A DNA stretch of 64,000 bases from Octopus vulgaris (GCA_951406725.2 OX597819.1:14260001-14324000); one strand, 5' to 3'; positions 26,012 to 40,378 are shown, numbered from the stretch's first letter. The notes: generated from the sequence alone by a model not told the origin. Numbers and translations are program-made.

Positions 26012-26267
26012 GAGTGAATCTCAATCGGGGTCCCTGTGGCCTTTGGTTTGGGTATAGGGGGTCCCTATAAAATTTATCTGCAATAAACTGGTTATATTTC
26101 TACTATACACAAAATATTCAACCATTTCTATACAATTCCTATTAATATTTATTCATGAAAATATAATGGGAGTTTTTAGTCATGGAATGGCTATGAGGGT
26201 CCCCACCCACAGAATATAATAGGAACCAAAGGGTTTTATAGGGGAACAAAATGGCTAGGAACCATTG
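26012..26267. mobile_element. Possible degenerate hAT-type MITE
   Basis: Ends resemble CAGTGGTTCTCAAC...GAGAACCACTG termini; internal GGGGTCC motifs; no TSD seen. Confidence 0.35.
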
Positions 26268-26763
26268 TGATAGCTAGACAGAGAAGCTAAATCTCACAGT
26301 TTACCTCTTAAAAGACTACTTTGGCTAAGTTTGAGTTAGTTGGAACGCAGTGGAAAATGTGATGGGTTTGTTTGTGAGGAAACATAGTTGACTAGGGGTC
26401 TGATTGGTCATGTTTGGCCTGGCTCTAAACGACAACAACAACCATGACAATTCTTTTTGTTTTGTTTTGTTTTTTCTTTTTTTTTAGAAAGGCGAATCTC
26501 GAAGTAATGTTTACACGCCTTGTCTGCTTCGAGATTTGCCGTTCCAAAAATAATTATTTCCTATTCTCTTGAATGTTTCTAAATTCCCATTCCAGCTCCT
26601 CGGTGGAATTTGAACTCAGAACGTAAAGTACCTGAACAGGTCCCGTAATCCTCGCCAATCCACAATCCTTTATTTATCAACCTCAACGGGATTATTTTTT
26701 TACATAGAGCGTCGAGAAGTGGAACAGATACGGCAGGACGCTCTGCCGATTCACCACCTTATA

Positions 26764-27155
26764 TCTTTATATATAAAAGAGAGGTTGTGTGCTGTCTGTC
26801 TCCTACGATTTAGATTCCTAACTACTCCCACATTTTGCGGTGCAGTTTAACCAAAACCGGGTATCTTATAGTCGTGATTCATATCGAGCCCTTCTGGGTA
26901 TTAGCGCGCGTCTACGATGAGTCTACGATTTTAAAAAATTACCATCAATTTTTCCCATTTTTAACGCATTTTTGGCATATATAAGGGAAGTAACTCTCTA
27001 AAAATTTATTATTAAATCTCAGAACGTAAAAAGCTACAGTAACACCCCCCTTTGAGGTTAGCCATATTGAGATGGCTATTATACTTTACATCTCTAAAAA
27101 TGCTTATATAGTTATTTCCCTTACAAACCCGAACAACGCCGGGCGATACTGCTAG
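26764..27155 (+). mobile_element. Non-autonomous Helitron
   Basis: A|TCTTTATATATAAAAG...CCCGAACAACGCCGGG...CTAG|T. Confidence 0.85.
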
Positions 27156-27390
27156 TACAGAATAATGTAGTGCTAGATGTGATACATATCTTCTTTAACT
27201 GACTCCCGTCATAAAACTGAGCCCATGCTGGAGCACTGTTTTTCATGAACAAAATTTCATTGGATGATCAGGTATGCAACACTTTTGAGTACATGCCTGG
27301 TAAAGACCAAGGGATGTTCCTTTTTGCTGTTCCTTCAATAACAACTATTTATAAGGGGCCGCCATCGGTCAAGGTTGACCATACATCTAT

Positions 27391-27619
27391 ACCTATTTCT
27401 TTACTACCCACAAGGGGCTAAACATAGTGGGGGCAAACAAGGACAGACAAACGGATTAAGTCGATTACATCGACCCCAGTGCGTAACTGGTACTTAATTT
27501 ATCGACCCCGAAAGGATGAAAGGCAAAGTGGACCTCGGCGGAATTTGAACTCAGAACGTAACGGCAGACGAAATACGGCTACGCGTTTCGCCCGGCGCGC
27601 TAACGTTTCTGCCAGCTCG
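27391..27619 (-). mobile_element. SINE family A monomer
   Basis: Family A sequence; tail ends AAAGAAATAGGTAT. Confidence 0.85.
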
Positions 27620-27892
27620 TTTCTGCCATCTAAACCTTTATGTGCAGACCTGGACAGGGCTTTTGAGGAAGACTGGCATTTAGCCATAGACATATGAAAC
27701 GTCTCCCTACTCGGTTCCACTGATGTTTATCCAAAGGGAAAGGTCACCGCCGTGGGGCCCAGTGTCGCTGCGTGTCTTGTTAGCAGAAAACAAAGAACCG
27801 AAACTAATACCACAAGGTATCTCTCCACGACCCTCTAGCATTCCAGCCAGTCCAGTACACAGGATTGTGTGTGTGTGTGAATATACACACGT

Positions 27893-28426
<534 letters not shown>

Positions 28427-28727
28427 GTATTTATATATATGTTTGTGTGTTTTTGTGTGTGTGCCTGAGTTTGTCTGTCCGCTTGACAAGCAATGTTGGC
28501 GTGTTTACGCTCCGTAACTTAGCGGTTGGGCAAAAAATTCCGAGGGAATAAGTTCTAAGCTTATAAAGAATGAGTGAGAACAGGTGGATTTGTCCGACAA
28601 AAGGCGGTGCTCCAGCATGGCCACAGTCTAATGACTGAAACACACAAAATAGTAAAAGAATATATGTGTGTATATTCACACACACATACACAAATATACA
28701 TACACACACAGACACACACACACACGC

Positions 28728-28761
<34 letters not shown>

Positions 28762-28875
28762 ATATACAAACTTATTTCGGTGTGTGTGCGTGTGTATATA
28801 TATATGTGATTGATGCACACACCCACACACGCACATGTATATATAAATGAAACATGCATTAAATACTACAAAAAC

Positions 28876-28907
<32 letters not shown>

Positions 28908-29145
28908 GCATCTATATCTGAATGTAGGAATGTATGTGTGCATGTGTGTGTTCATGTCTGTGTATGTGTGTGTGTGTGTGTGTGTATGTGCGCGCGTTAG
29001 TGCAAGTATCAATGAATGAGAAATTTTTGTGTAAGAATGTGTGTGTTGGTATGTAAAGTGTGCATCTGTTTGAGAGTCTGAAGGAGTGCCGGAACAGGAA
29101 GAAGACAAATACTGGTTGCGCGCTCGCGCGATTTTACACACACAA

Positions 29146-29205
<60 letters not shown>

Positions 29206-29339
29206 GTAAATGTAAAAAAATACAAACTGGGACAAGAACGTGAAACATTTAGAAGACGACACAAAAAACACGGACGGGACATTGGAAGCCTTCAATCTTC
29301 AGTCAAGAACAGGATCATCTTCGCAATTTCGGCTGATTA

Positions 29340-29524
<185 letters not shown>

Positions 29525-29588
29525 TTAACAGATTGAGTTAAAAAAAATTCAAGGCTGTGAAAGTTTTCAGAACATTTATAAAGAGAAA

Positions 29589-29636
29589 GTCTTACAGCTG
29601 CTTCCGTAATATTTTATATACCGCTTCATCGGAGAC
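29589..29636 (-). ncRNA. Degenerate hammerhead motif, same repeat family as 42377-42424
   Basis: Minus strand GTCT CCGATGA A...GAAG CAGCTGTA AGAC; flanks homologous to 42361-42470; two core substitutions. Confidence 0.5.
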
Positions 29637-29800
29637 GGTGTGAGAAAATGTTTGATAGTTATTATAGAGAAGTTATGAAATACAGAGTGAAGTGGAGGAA
29701 TGCAAATAGACGTGAGATACGTATGGATATTGTATCAGCAGTTCCATTATTTAAGCAGCATGATGTATATATAAATTTCCTGTACCTATATATAAATATA

Positions 29801-30190
29801 TCTTTATATATAAAAGTGAAGTTGTGTGAGTGTCTGTCTCCTACGATTTAGATTCCTAACTACTCCCACATTTTGCGGTGCAATGTAACCAAAAGCGGGT
29901 ATCTTATAGTCGTGATTCATATCGAGCCCTTCTGGGTATTAGCGCGCGTCTACGATTTAAAAAAAAAATTTACCATCATTTTTTCCAATTTTTAATGCAT
30001 TTTTTTTGCTATTATATAAGGGAAGTAACTCTCTAAAAATGTATTATTAAATCTCAGAACGTAAAAAGCTACAGTAACACCCCCCCTTTGTGGTTAGCCA
30101 TATTGAGATGGCTATTATACTTTACATCTCCCAAAATGATTATATAGTTATTTCCCTTACAAATCCGAGCAACGCCGGGTGATACTGCTA

Positions 30191-30191
<1 letters not shown>
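29801..30191 (+). mobile_element. Non-autonomous Helitron
   Basis: A|TC...hairpin...CTAG|T. Confidence 0.85.
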
Positions 30192-30250
<59 letters not shown>

Positions 30251-30424
30251 AGATTGTGATCGAGATAAAGAGGGAATGAGTGAGAGTTTGTATGTGATTG
30301 TGTATAGGTGTGTGTTTGGGAAGGTGTATGGGATTGTGGGTGGATGAATGTCAAAATGCAGGTGAACGTAAAATCTGGAAGAATTTTCGAAAAATACACA
30401 TTTTGAAGAATTTTATTCAGCTCC

Positions 30425-30640
30425 ATTAATGAATGCCATTTTCAACATGGTCTCCATCATTCGTCATGGAAAGTTCGATTGGTGCAGAAACTCCACATTG
30501 CCGACAATTTGGGCAGATTTATTCATCACGCGTTCCTTCAGATGGTTCATAAATATGATTTCATTCTCTACAATTTCTTCTGCAGACCCCAGAAAATGAA
30601 GTCAACTGACGAATATCTGGTGAGCAAGGAGCCCATCCCA
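30425..30640 (-). mobile_element. Degraded Tc1/mariner transposase 3' fragment
   Basis: WAPCSPD, VDFIFWG and DGDHVEN remnants across frameshifts. Confidence 0.5.
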
Positions 30641-30661
30641 CCAGAATATTGATTTCAAATT

Positions 30662-31520
30662 TTGATCCCAGTGCTCAAATCGAACATATTTTATCGATCT
30701 CGAAAGGAACGAAATGCAGAGTCGACCTCGGCAGACTTTGAACTCAGAGCGCAAAGAGGGACAAAATGCTTATTTCTATTTCTTTACTACCCACAAGGGG
30801 CTAAACACAGAAGGGACAAACAAGGACAGACAAACAGATTAAGTCGATTATATCGACCCCAGTGTGTAACTTGTACTTACTTAATCGACCCCGAAAGGAT
30901 GAAAGACAAAGTCGACCTCGGCGGAATTTGAACTCAGAACGTAACGGTAGACGAAATACCTATTTCTTTACTACCCACAAGGAGCTAAACACGGAGAGGA
31001 CAAACAAGGACAGACAAATGGATTAAGTCGATTATAACGACCCCAGTGCGCAACTGGTACTTTATCGACCCCGAAAGGATGAAAAACAAAGTCGACCTCG
31101 GCGGAATTTGAACTCAGAACGTAACGGTAGACGAAATACCTATTTCTTTACAACCCACAAGGAGCTAAACACGGAGAGGACAAACAAGGACAGACAAATG
31201 GATTAAGTCGATTATATCGACCCCAGTGCGTAACTTGTACTTACTTAATCGACCCCGAAAGGATGAAAGACAAAGTCGACCTCGGCGGAATTTGAACTCA
31301 GAACGTTTCCCGGTTTCCTTGGCGTATAGGTTCCCCACCTGGACGAGACGCCGGTCCGCCGCAGGTGAGCTGCAAGATGCAGGAGGAAAGAGTGAGAGAA
31401 AGTTGTGGCGAAAGAGTCAGAAGAAGTTGACCTCGGCGGAATTTGAACTCAGAACGTAACGGCAGACGAAATACGGCTACGCATTTCGCCCGGCGTGCTA
31501 ACGTTTCTGCCAGCTCGCTG
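30662..31520 (-). mobile_element. SINE family A trimer running into an older copy, with an inserted SINE B-type tail
   Basis: Fixed junctions at ~30960 and ~31140; older body at 30662-30770; foreign segment 31307-31428. Confidence 0.85.
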
Positions 31521-31869
31521 TCTTAAATTCCATGAGAACGTTAGTGATATTCCCCATCTCTAGAGACATTATGGTTACCCTGTATATACAATCGTGATGT
31601 ACGAAGTCACCGTTGTGTGAGTATGTGCGGGTGAGTGTGGGTGTATGGGTGTGTACCTGGCGGAATGTGTGTGTGTCAGGAGTAAATGCATGTCTGCTGG
31701 AATGAGGAAATGTACGTGGAATGTGGATGTTTGTGTAAAAGTATGCGAATATGTGTTTATGTCAGCAAATGTATGTGGGAACTTCACGAGCGGGTGTATA
31801 TATATAGAATAGTTGTGTGAAGGTGTTTCAGGAAGTATGTGGCTATGGCAACGTTTAAAGATTGAAGAA

Positions 31870-32875
31870 GGGGGCGAGTTGGCAGAACAGTTTAGCATGT
31901 CGAATGAAATGCTTAGCGGCGTTTCGTCCGTCTTTACGTTCTGAGTTCAAATTCCGCCGAGCCCAAAATCCAGGCTGTGTGCCTTTAGTAGAAAGGAATA
32001 TTTATAGATGCGAAAAAGAGGCAAGCTGGCAGAAACGTTAGCACGCCGGGCGAAATACTCAGAAGTATTTCGTCTGTCGCTACGTTCTGAGTTCAAATTC
32101 CGCCGAGGTAGACTTTGCCTTTCATCCTTTCGAGATCGATTAAATAAGTACCAGTTACGCACTGGAGTCGATGTAGTCGACTTAATCCCTTTGTCTGTCC
32201 TTGTTTGTTCCCTCTGTGTTTAGCCCCTTGTGGGTAGTAAAGAAATAGGTATTTCGTCTGCCGTTACGTTGTGAGTTCAAATTCTGCCGAGGTCGACTTT
32301 GCCTTTCATCCTTTCGGGATCGATAAATTAAGTACGAGTGAAACACTGGGGTTGATGTAATCAACTATTCCCCTCCCTAACAATTTCAGGCCTTGTGCCT
32401 GTAGTAGAAAGGAATATTCATAGATGCAAGGAAGCGGTGCGTTGGCAGAACAGTTAGCATGTCGAATAAAACGCTCAGCGGTATTTCGTCCGTCTTTACG
32501 TTCTGAGTTAAAATTATGCCGAGGCTGACTTTACCTTTCATCCCTTTCGGGGTCGATAAATTAAGTACCAGTTGAGTACTGGTGGATCGTTGCGATCAGC
32601 TTAATACTTTCGCCGAATTTAGTGGCCTTGCGCCAAAATTTGTAGCCAATATTTACAGGTGCAGGAAGGCGACGAGCTGGGAGAACAGTTGGCACGCTGG
32701 GCAAAATGCTTGACTTAGCCTCTGTCTTTATGTTCTGAGTTCGAATTCCGCCGAGGTCGGCTTTGCTTTTTTATCCTGTCGGAGTCGATAAATAAGTACC
32801 ATTTGAGCACCGGAGTCGATGTAATCGACTTGGCCTTTGTCTCGGAATTGCCAACCGTGTGCCAAAATTTAAAAC
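31870..32875 (+). mobile_element. Cluster of same-orientation family A SINEs (old and young)
   Basis: Heads at ~31871, 32020, 32433 and 32667. Confidence 0.8.
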
Positions 32876-33156
32876 CAAGCTGGCTTACTACCCATATGGT
32901 TCTGAGTTCATTCCAACTGCGTGGCACATTTGGCATGTGTCTTCTGCTGTAGCTTCGGGCCGACCAAATCCTTGTGAGTGGATTTGGTAGACGGAAACTG
33001 AAAGAAGTCGTATATATATATACATACACACACACACATACATATATCTTTATACAAAATGTTAACAAACTTCATATACCTACTCGCCTCGATTGCTCTC
33101 TTTCTTTCCGGATTTTCTCGTTTTTTCTTTCTGTATTTCCTCCCAATACCCATTTC

Positions 33157-33184
33157 CTGAAGAAGGATATATATCCGAAACGTC
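33157..33184 (+). ncRNA. Minimal hammerhead core (stem I degraded)
   Basis: CTGAAGA A GGAT-ATAT-ATCC GAAA C GTC: intact core, GUC cleavage triplet, palindromic ACGT. Confidence 0.6.
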
Positions 33185-33939
33185 ATATAATCTTTCTCGA
33201 TCCTCCTCAGTGCTAAACTTAGAATTTGGATTGTGAACATATTCTATTTTATTAGTGGCTTATGTTTTCTTATCTTCTGTCTCTCCCTCTTCGTGCGCGT
33301 GCGTGGTCCAGTGTGTGTATGTGTAAATACACCTAGAAGTTTGTGTATGTGGTTGCGTGTGTGTTTATGTATATATGTGTATGAAAACATGCCGGATATA
33401 TTACCACAAGAAAGGAAAAGCTGCCATAAGAACAGACGAAGCACCAGGAATAAGTTCGATGTAGACATACTTCTGCACCACGATCACAGGAAGCGCCATA
33501 GAGATCTGGCAACGACATGGATCAATTACAAAAGTGCTGCATATCCCATCATTCTTGATTCCTGGATAAACAGGAAATATTCAATAGTTGTAGGAATGGC
33601 AGAGAATGAATATAAGAACGTTGATTTAATAGAACATGAGTAAAATAATAAATCAGAATTGATATTCGTTCTGGCGTTGAGGTCGGATGTTTTAAAATCA
33701 ATAAAGGATAGTATTTCATGATAATATCTCGTCCTCTTTGTCTTTTGTAGCATTTGATAAGAAATCTTTAAGATTGCTGCTAATAATAGCAAGAAATATT
33801 TATATAAGATATCTTTTATATTACTAAACGAGACATTTATAAACTAATTGTGTGGAAAACACTATAAATAAAACAGATTACTCGTCAGAAAATTACTATT
33901 TTTAAATCTCACAACGAGAGATATTCAGCAACAGTACTT

Positions 33940-34237
33940 TGTAGTAAAGATTATTTGCCAACATAACATGGCAGTCCTGGTTTAGGATGAATGTTGTTGT
34001 GAATTAGCCCCAGGAGACATCGTCTCCCGCTGGCTATACGACACGATCTGTCTCCTTATATTTTCGAACAAGGGAATTTGAACTGAGTGGGGGTGCTAGA
34101 TTCCCTTGTTCGAAAATATTAGGACACAGATCGTGTTGTATAGCCAGTTGGAGACGATGTCTCCTGGGGCTAAATTACAGCAACATTCGTCCTAAACCAG
34201 GACTGCCATGTTATGTTGGCAAACAAGATTTACTACA
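33940..34237. repeat. Long imperfect palindrome (~140-bp arms), MITE-like
   Basis: TTTGCCAACATAACATGGCAGTCCTGGTTTAGGA...TCCTAAACCAGGACTGCCATGTTATGTTGGCAAA; loop ~34080-34096; a related single arm lies at ~19665-19765. Confidence 0.9.
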
Positions 34238-34912
34238 GGTTACACGTTGTTGTTCTTCGTATTATTTCAATTCCATTCAGTTCTGAACTATTAAATCTAT
34301 CCCAGAATCAAACCCGTTCTCGCCATGATCCTCCAGTTTATTTTTCATATCTACGATTACATTGTGTCAAATGTGTGCATCATTTCTAACAGAACGGTAG
34401 ATTAGAGGAAGGTTTAGCTGTTATTTCTAGCAATTTTCTAATCGTGCAGCCGCACAGGGACTTCCTTGCTGGTTCGTTGAGTGCTTAGTTAAAAAGATAA
34501 CGTCATAAATTTAGTGAAGATTTAAGGATGTAATCGCGGATGAAAATGGGTGGAGTTTTGATAATGAAAAGCGGAAAGATATTGGTCAATAATGGGATGC
34601 GACTTCTGAATAAGGAAGTTGTGTAACAGGTCGGAATAAAATACCAGAAATAGTTGCGAATAAGAGAGAAAGAATGAAGGAAACTTATGTAAAGGAATTC
34701 CTTGCACTCGAATATTTCAGAAGGTTAAAATTATTGCCAACTAAACAGTATATACATACATACCCACACACACATACATACGGACAGACAGACAGGCAGA
34801 CAGACAAATAGGTAGATAGATAGACAGACAGATATATTGTGAGGCGCGTGTCCTAGTGTTTACGTATAATTATACCATATGTTATATATATATATATATA
34901 TATATATAAACA

Positions 34913-34972
<60 letters not shown>

Positions 34973-35190
34973 AGGCGAGTTGGCAGAAACGTTAGCACGC
35001 CGGGCGAAATGCATAGCCGTATTTCGTCTGCCGTTACATTCTGAGTTCAAATTCCGACTTTGCCTTTCATCCTTTCGGGGTCGATAAATAAAGTACCAGT
35101 TTCGCACTGGGGTCGATGTAATCGACTTAATCCGTTTGTCTGTCCTTGTTTGTCCCCTCTATGTTTAGCTCCTTGTGGGCAGTAAAGAAA
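34973..35190 (+). mobile_element. SINE family A monomer
   Basis: family A homology. Confidence 0.85.
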
Positions 35191-35815
35191 AAAAAATATA
35201 TATAAAGGATTGCTTGTGCAATTTAGATTCCTCGTCAACAATAGGATAGAAGAAGAAGGTGGTGAAGTATGTCTAGAAATGGGGGAACATATTGCAGTGT
35301 CGTAAGGAAATGCGTGGAACCGGACTTGGAAGAGATTAGGTAAAGTAAAGGAGGTTTGGTAGCAGAAAATATTTATCAGGAAGTTTCTTGAGAGAAGACT
35401 GGCTTGGCAAGAGAAGAGAGTGAATGGACAGAGATTTAGGGGTGTGGACGAACGCGTAGAGGTGGGTGGATGCAGTGATGAGTCTACAGAGATTCTTTAG
35501 AAGGAAACGGCTTAGTCGAAAAGAGAACACTCCTATAGCATTCTTTGAAACAACTCCACGATACAAGAAAGACTATATATATATATATATACAAATTGAG
35601 AATATTTATATTCTCTTTTATATATATTCTACTTATGATACATCATTACTCTTTTATGTACACTTTTTTATGTACACTACTGTATGTACACTGATTTGTT
35701 CTGCTTTTTATATGTAACCCTACAGTCTCTTATGTGGTGGTTTAATAAAGTATGTGATTGAGTATTATCGTGTAATTGATATTTGATTTAGATGTATTTC
35801 TCCATTTTCTTATCT

Positions 35816-35853
<38 letters not shown>

Positions 35854-36198
35854 TATTTATATATATACGTAAACACTCACATACACACATCATGCACTTT
35901 CTGCGATCATTTCAACACTGTGTTCTTGTAGAGGCAATGTTTTTACAATGGAGGAAGTGAGCTAATGTACAACACAAACACGTAATCACCAGATCTGTGC
36001 AGGATGTTCAGTAAGACTTTGCGGAGACCCTCATCTGTCATCTTACGACACGAGAGTCTACCACAAACCTACGCCACTGTTAATGTTGCTTCTTCATTAC
36101 AGGTTTGCGTGACACAACCCAACCAACAAACAAAAGCAAAAAAAAAAAAAAAATTAAAAATGACATCTGTAAAAATAATTTACAAACACTTACACATA

Positions 36199-36694
36199 TC
36201 TTTATATATAAAAGTGAAGTTGTGTGTCTGTCTCCTACGATTTAGATTCCTAACTACTCCCACATTTTTCGGTGCAGTTTAACCAAAACCGGGTATCTTA
36301 TAGTCGTGATTCATATCGAGCCCTTCTGGGTATTAGCGCGCGTCTACGATGAGTCTACGATTTAAAAAAAAATTATCATTTTTTTTCCATTTTAATGCAT
36401 TTTTTCGCTATTGTATAAGGGAAGTAACTCTCTAAAAATATCTACGATGAGTCTACGATTTAAAAAAAAAATTACCATCATTTTTTCCATTTTAATGCAT
36501 TTTCCGCTATTATATAAGGGAAGTAACTCTCTAAAAATGTCTACGATGAGTCAACGATTAAAAAAAAAATTTACCATAACTTTTTTTCCATTTCTAATGC
36601 ATTTTTTTTTGCTATTTTTTGGCTATAACACTCTAAAAATGCTTATATACTTATTTCCCTTACAAACCCGAGCAACGCCGGGCGATACTGCTAG
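36199..36694 (+). mobile_element. Helitron variant with an internal ~98-bp triplication
   Basis: Same termini as the other copies; a TCTACGATGAGTC...AACTCTCTAAAAAT unit starts at ~36343, 36441 and 36540. Confidence 0.85.
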
Positions 36695-37294
36695 TATTAC
36701 GTAAGAATGGGTGTGTGTCTGGATGTTTACGTCCCAACCACATTGTTCTGGGTTGAGTCCCAATGTTTGACAACTCAGGCAAGTGTCTTCAACGATAGCT
36801 TCGCGCTGACAAAGCATCCTTAGATTATTTGATATACGGAAACTGAAAGAAGCCTGTCGTATATATATATATATTACCTATGTTTAACCATGGGCTTTGT
36901 ATTGAATTAATGAATAATAAGTGATGTAAGTTAATTGTTGTTCATCAATACTTCTCCATTTCCCGTTTTCTTTATATGTGTTTATATATATACGAAGGGA
37001 TTCTATCAGTGTCCGTCTACCAAACCCACTCACAAGGCTTTAGTCAGCTCGAGGCTATAATAGAAGTCACTTGCCCAAGGTGCCGCGCAATAGGACTGAA
37101 CCCAGAACCATATGGTTGGGAAGTAGAATACAGAAAAAACAAAAAAAAAACAAAAACAAAACAAAACAATTGATTGCATTCTAAAGATTATGTTTATGAG
37201 CGGGAGTTTAATTTCGGATGGATTTGGGAGGAAATTTCTTGACGCTAAAAATTTTCGAAAAACTACGACAGGAAAAAAAATAACCTCTTAAAAA

Positions 37295-37720
37295 TTGATT
37301 TTAAATTTTGGTACTAGGGCAGCAATTTCGGGGGTAAGGTAAATCGATTATATCGATCTCAGTGCTCAATTGGTACTTAATTTATCAACCTTGAAAAGAT
37401 GAAAGGCAAAGTGGACCTCGGCGGAATTTGAACTCAGAACGTAAAGGCTGACAAAATACTGCTTAAGCGTTTTGCCTGGCGCGGTAACGATTCCGCCAAT
37501 TTGTCGCCTTGACCTCTTTTCTATTCTAGGCACAAGGCCTGAAATGTTTGGAGAGGTGGGGTAGTTGATTAGATCGACGCCAGTACGCAAATGGTACTTA
37601 ATTTATCGACCCCGAAAGGATGAAAGGCAAAGATGATCTTGGCAGAATTTGAACTCAGAACGTAAAGACGGACCAAATATTGCTAAGCCTTTGGTCGGCG
37701 CGGTAACGATTCTGCCAACT
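37295..37720 (-). mobile_element. Two older family A SINE copies
   Basis: diverged core and head homology. Confidence 0.7.
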
Positions 37721-37732
37721 TGCTTTGAACCA

Positions 37733-37880
37733 CTGAAATATTAAACCCTGAAATATGAAACCCTTAAACCTCTGTAATATTAAACCCTTAAACCTCTGAA
37801 ATATTAAACCCTTAAACCTTTGAAATATCAAACTCTTAATCCTCTGAAATGTGGAACCCTTAAGTCTCTGAAATATTAAA
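37733..37880. repeat. 24-bp minisatellite CTGAAATATTAAACCCTTAAACCT
   Basis: about 6 imperfect units. Confidence 0.85.
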
Positions 37881-37987
37881 TTTGCATTAATCTCACTGAA
37901 TAGAGATTTTTGATATTTAGGGAAGGATGTTATGAGAGACATTGAAATGTAGAGGCAAATCTCTTTATATAGGTTTATGTATGTTGT

Positions 37988-38760
37988 GGTGGAGATACAT
38001 GGCCTAGTGGTTAGAGCAGCGGTCGAGGGATCGCGTGTTCAAATCTCAGACCGGGCGATGTGTGTGTTTATGAGCGAAAAACCTAAGCTCCACGCGGCTC
38101 CGGCAGAGAGTAATGGCGAACTTCTGCTGACTCTTTCGCCACAACTTTCTCTCACTTTTTCCTCCTGCATCTTGCAGCTCACCTGCGGCGGACCGGCGTC
38201 TCGTCCAGGTGGGGAACCTATACGCCAAGGAAACCGGGAAACGTTCTGAGTTCAAATTCCGCCGAGGTCGACTTTGTCTTTCATCCTTTCGGGGTCGATT
38301 AAATAAGTACCAGTTACGCACTGGGGTCGATATAATCGACTTAATCCGTTTGTCTGTCCTTGTTTGTCCTCTCTGTGTTTAGCCCTTTGTGGGTAGTAAA
38401 GAAATAGGTATTTCGTCTGCCGCTACGTTCTGAGTTCAAATTCCGCCGAGGTGGACTTTGCCTTTCATCCTTTCGAGGTCGATTAAATAAGTACCAGTTA
38501 CACACTGGGGTCGATATAATCGACTTAATCCGTTTGTCTGTCCTTGTTTGTCCACTCTGAGTTTAGCCCCTTGTGAGTAGTAAAGAAATAGATATTTCGT
38601 CTGTATTTACGCTCTGAGTTCAAATTCCGCCGAGGTCGACTTTGCCTTTCATTCTTTCAGGATCGATAAATTAAGTACCAGTTGCATACTGGGGTCGATC
38701 TGATCGACTGGCCTCCTCCGCCAAAATTTCGGGCCTTCTGCCTAGAGTAGAAAAGAATTA
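37988..38760 (+). mobile_element. SINE B-type element fused to a headless family A trimer
   Basis: B-like head and tail to 38242, then A units with the fixed junction; the last unit has the older-type tail. Confidence 0.85.
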
Positions 38761-39362
38761 ACATACTAAATTTTACCTATAACAGTAATTATTTTATACA
38801 TAAACCCAGTGATGATAATTAAAATAAAATCAGATCTCATCAGGCATCTGGAAGCCATTAACTTCCAATGCATAAAGCAAATTTACAACTTTTGTCTTTA
38901 TTAATTTTTTTATCATTTCATTATTAAAAGCTTATACAATCCAGATTTATAGTAAAATTTGTAAATCATTCATGTTAAGTTAGGTTAGTCATGACACCCC
39001 ATTCTCTACTGAGGTGGGCGCTAGGCATAACAACTACTTAAAAGGAGTGTGCTACAAAAAAAAAAAACATAGTTGAGAACCATTGGTATAAAGCGTTCGA
39101 TATGGTTGACCATCAGAAGTCGGTGGCAGTCGTGAGTATGGCTGGTTTTGGTCCTGTTTTGAAAGATTGGATCGCTTCCATGAACAATGTAACCTGCTTC
39201 ACTTATAATAATAATAGTCGTTCGGTTTCCTTTTTCCTTTAACTCTTTCTTCAATTTTATTCTTTCTTTTATTCTTTTTTCATGTATGGCTTGGTCATAG
39301 GGCAATTAGCGCCGATTGCATGACATGAGCCAACGGCACTTCGAGTGTAATAGAAGTCTTCA

Positions 39363-39408
<46 letters not shown>

Positions 39409-40059
39409 CTCTCTATCCCTTTCTCTCTCTCTCCATCTTCCACCTGTCCTGTGTAAACTGAACCTGAAGTCAGGGCGAATTAAACCAAACGAAAATAATG
39501 ACAACTGAAGATGACGACGACGACGACGACGACGACAAGGAAAAAAGAGAAGAAGAAGAAGAAGAAGAAGAAGAAGAAGAAGAAGAAAACGAAAAAGAAG
39601 AAGAGGTAGAAGACGAAAAAGAAAAAGAGAAAGAAGGAGAAGAAGAAGAGGTAGAAGAAAGAAAGGATCAGACAAAGTCGTTTTAATACTTCTTGCCCCT
39701 CCCCCCTCCGTGCTTTAGCCGCAAAAATCTCTCCCCTACAATTGCAGTTATTATATAGACTTGAAATGACGGGGAAACGCACCATTGGACTTCACTGCCA
39801 AACAGATAAACTTATGTCAACATGGAGAGAATGAAGAAAAAAAGACCACAAGAAGAAGAGGGAAAAGGAGGAGGAGAAGATAAAGAAAATCTTCAACAAA
39901 GGAAGAATACAATGGAAGGTAGTTTGAAGAAGAATGTGTTTCATAGATGGTGATGATGATGGTGATGATGGTGAATGTCTCCCTATCTCTGGGAGTCTAA
40001 ACATTTGTGGTATATATTATTTATTAGCAAATATACACCGAGGTCAGAGTTTTCCTTGT

Positions 40060-40345
40060 GGTGGCGGCGGCGGTGGTGGTGGTGGTGGTGGTGGTAGTGG
40101 TGCTGGTTGTGGTCCTGGTGGTGGTTGTGGTGGTGGTGGTGGCGGTGGCGGTGGTGGTGGTGGTTGTGGTGGTGGTGGTGGTGGGTGGTGGTGGTGGTGG
40201 TGGTGGTGGTGGTGGTGGTTGTGGTGGTGGCGACGGTGGTGGTGGTGGTGGCGGTGGTGGTGGTGGTTGTGGTGTGTGGTGGTTGTGGTGGCGGTTGTGG
40301 TGGTGGTGGTGGTGGTGGTGGTGGTGGTGGTGGTGGTGGTTGTGT
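40060..40345. repeat. (GGT)n microsatellite
   Basis: direct inspection. Confidence 0.95.
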
Positions 40346-40378
40346 AGCGGGGGCTTAGTGTTGTCCTTCCGTGCTATA

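Noticed and set aside
35240-35530. L1/Tx1-like remnant (also ~62060-62520 and ~51350-51600)
   Set aside because: Purine-rich and suggestive, but no motif I can support.
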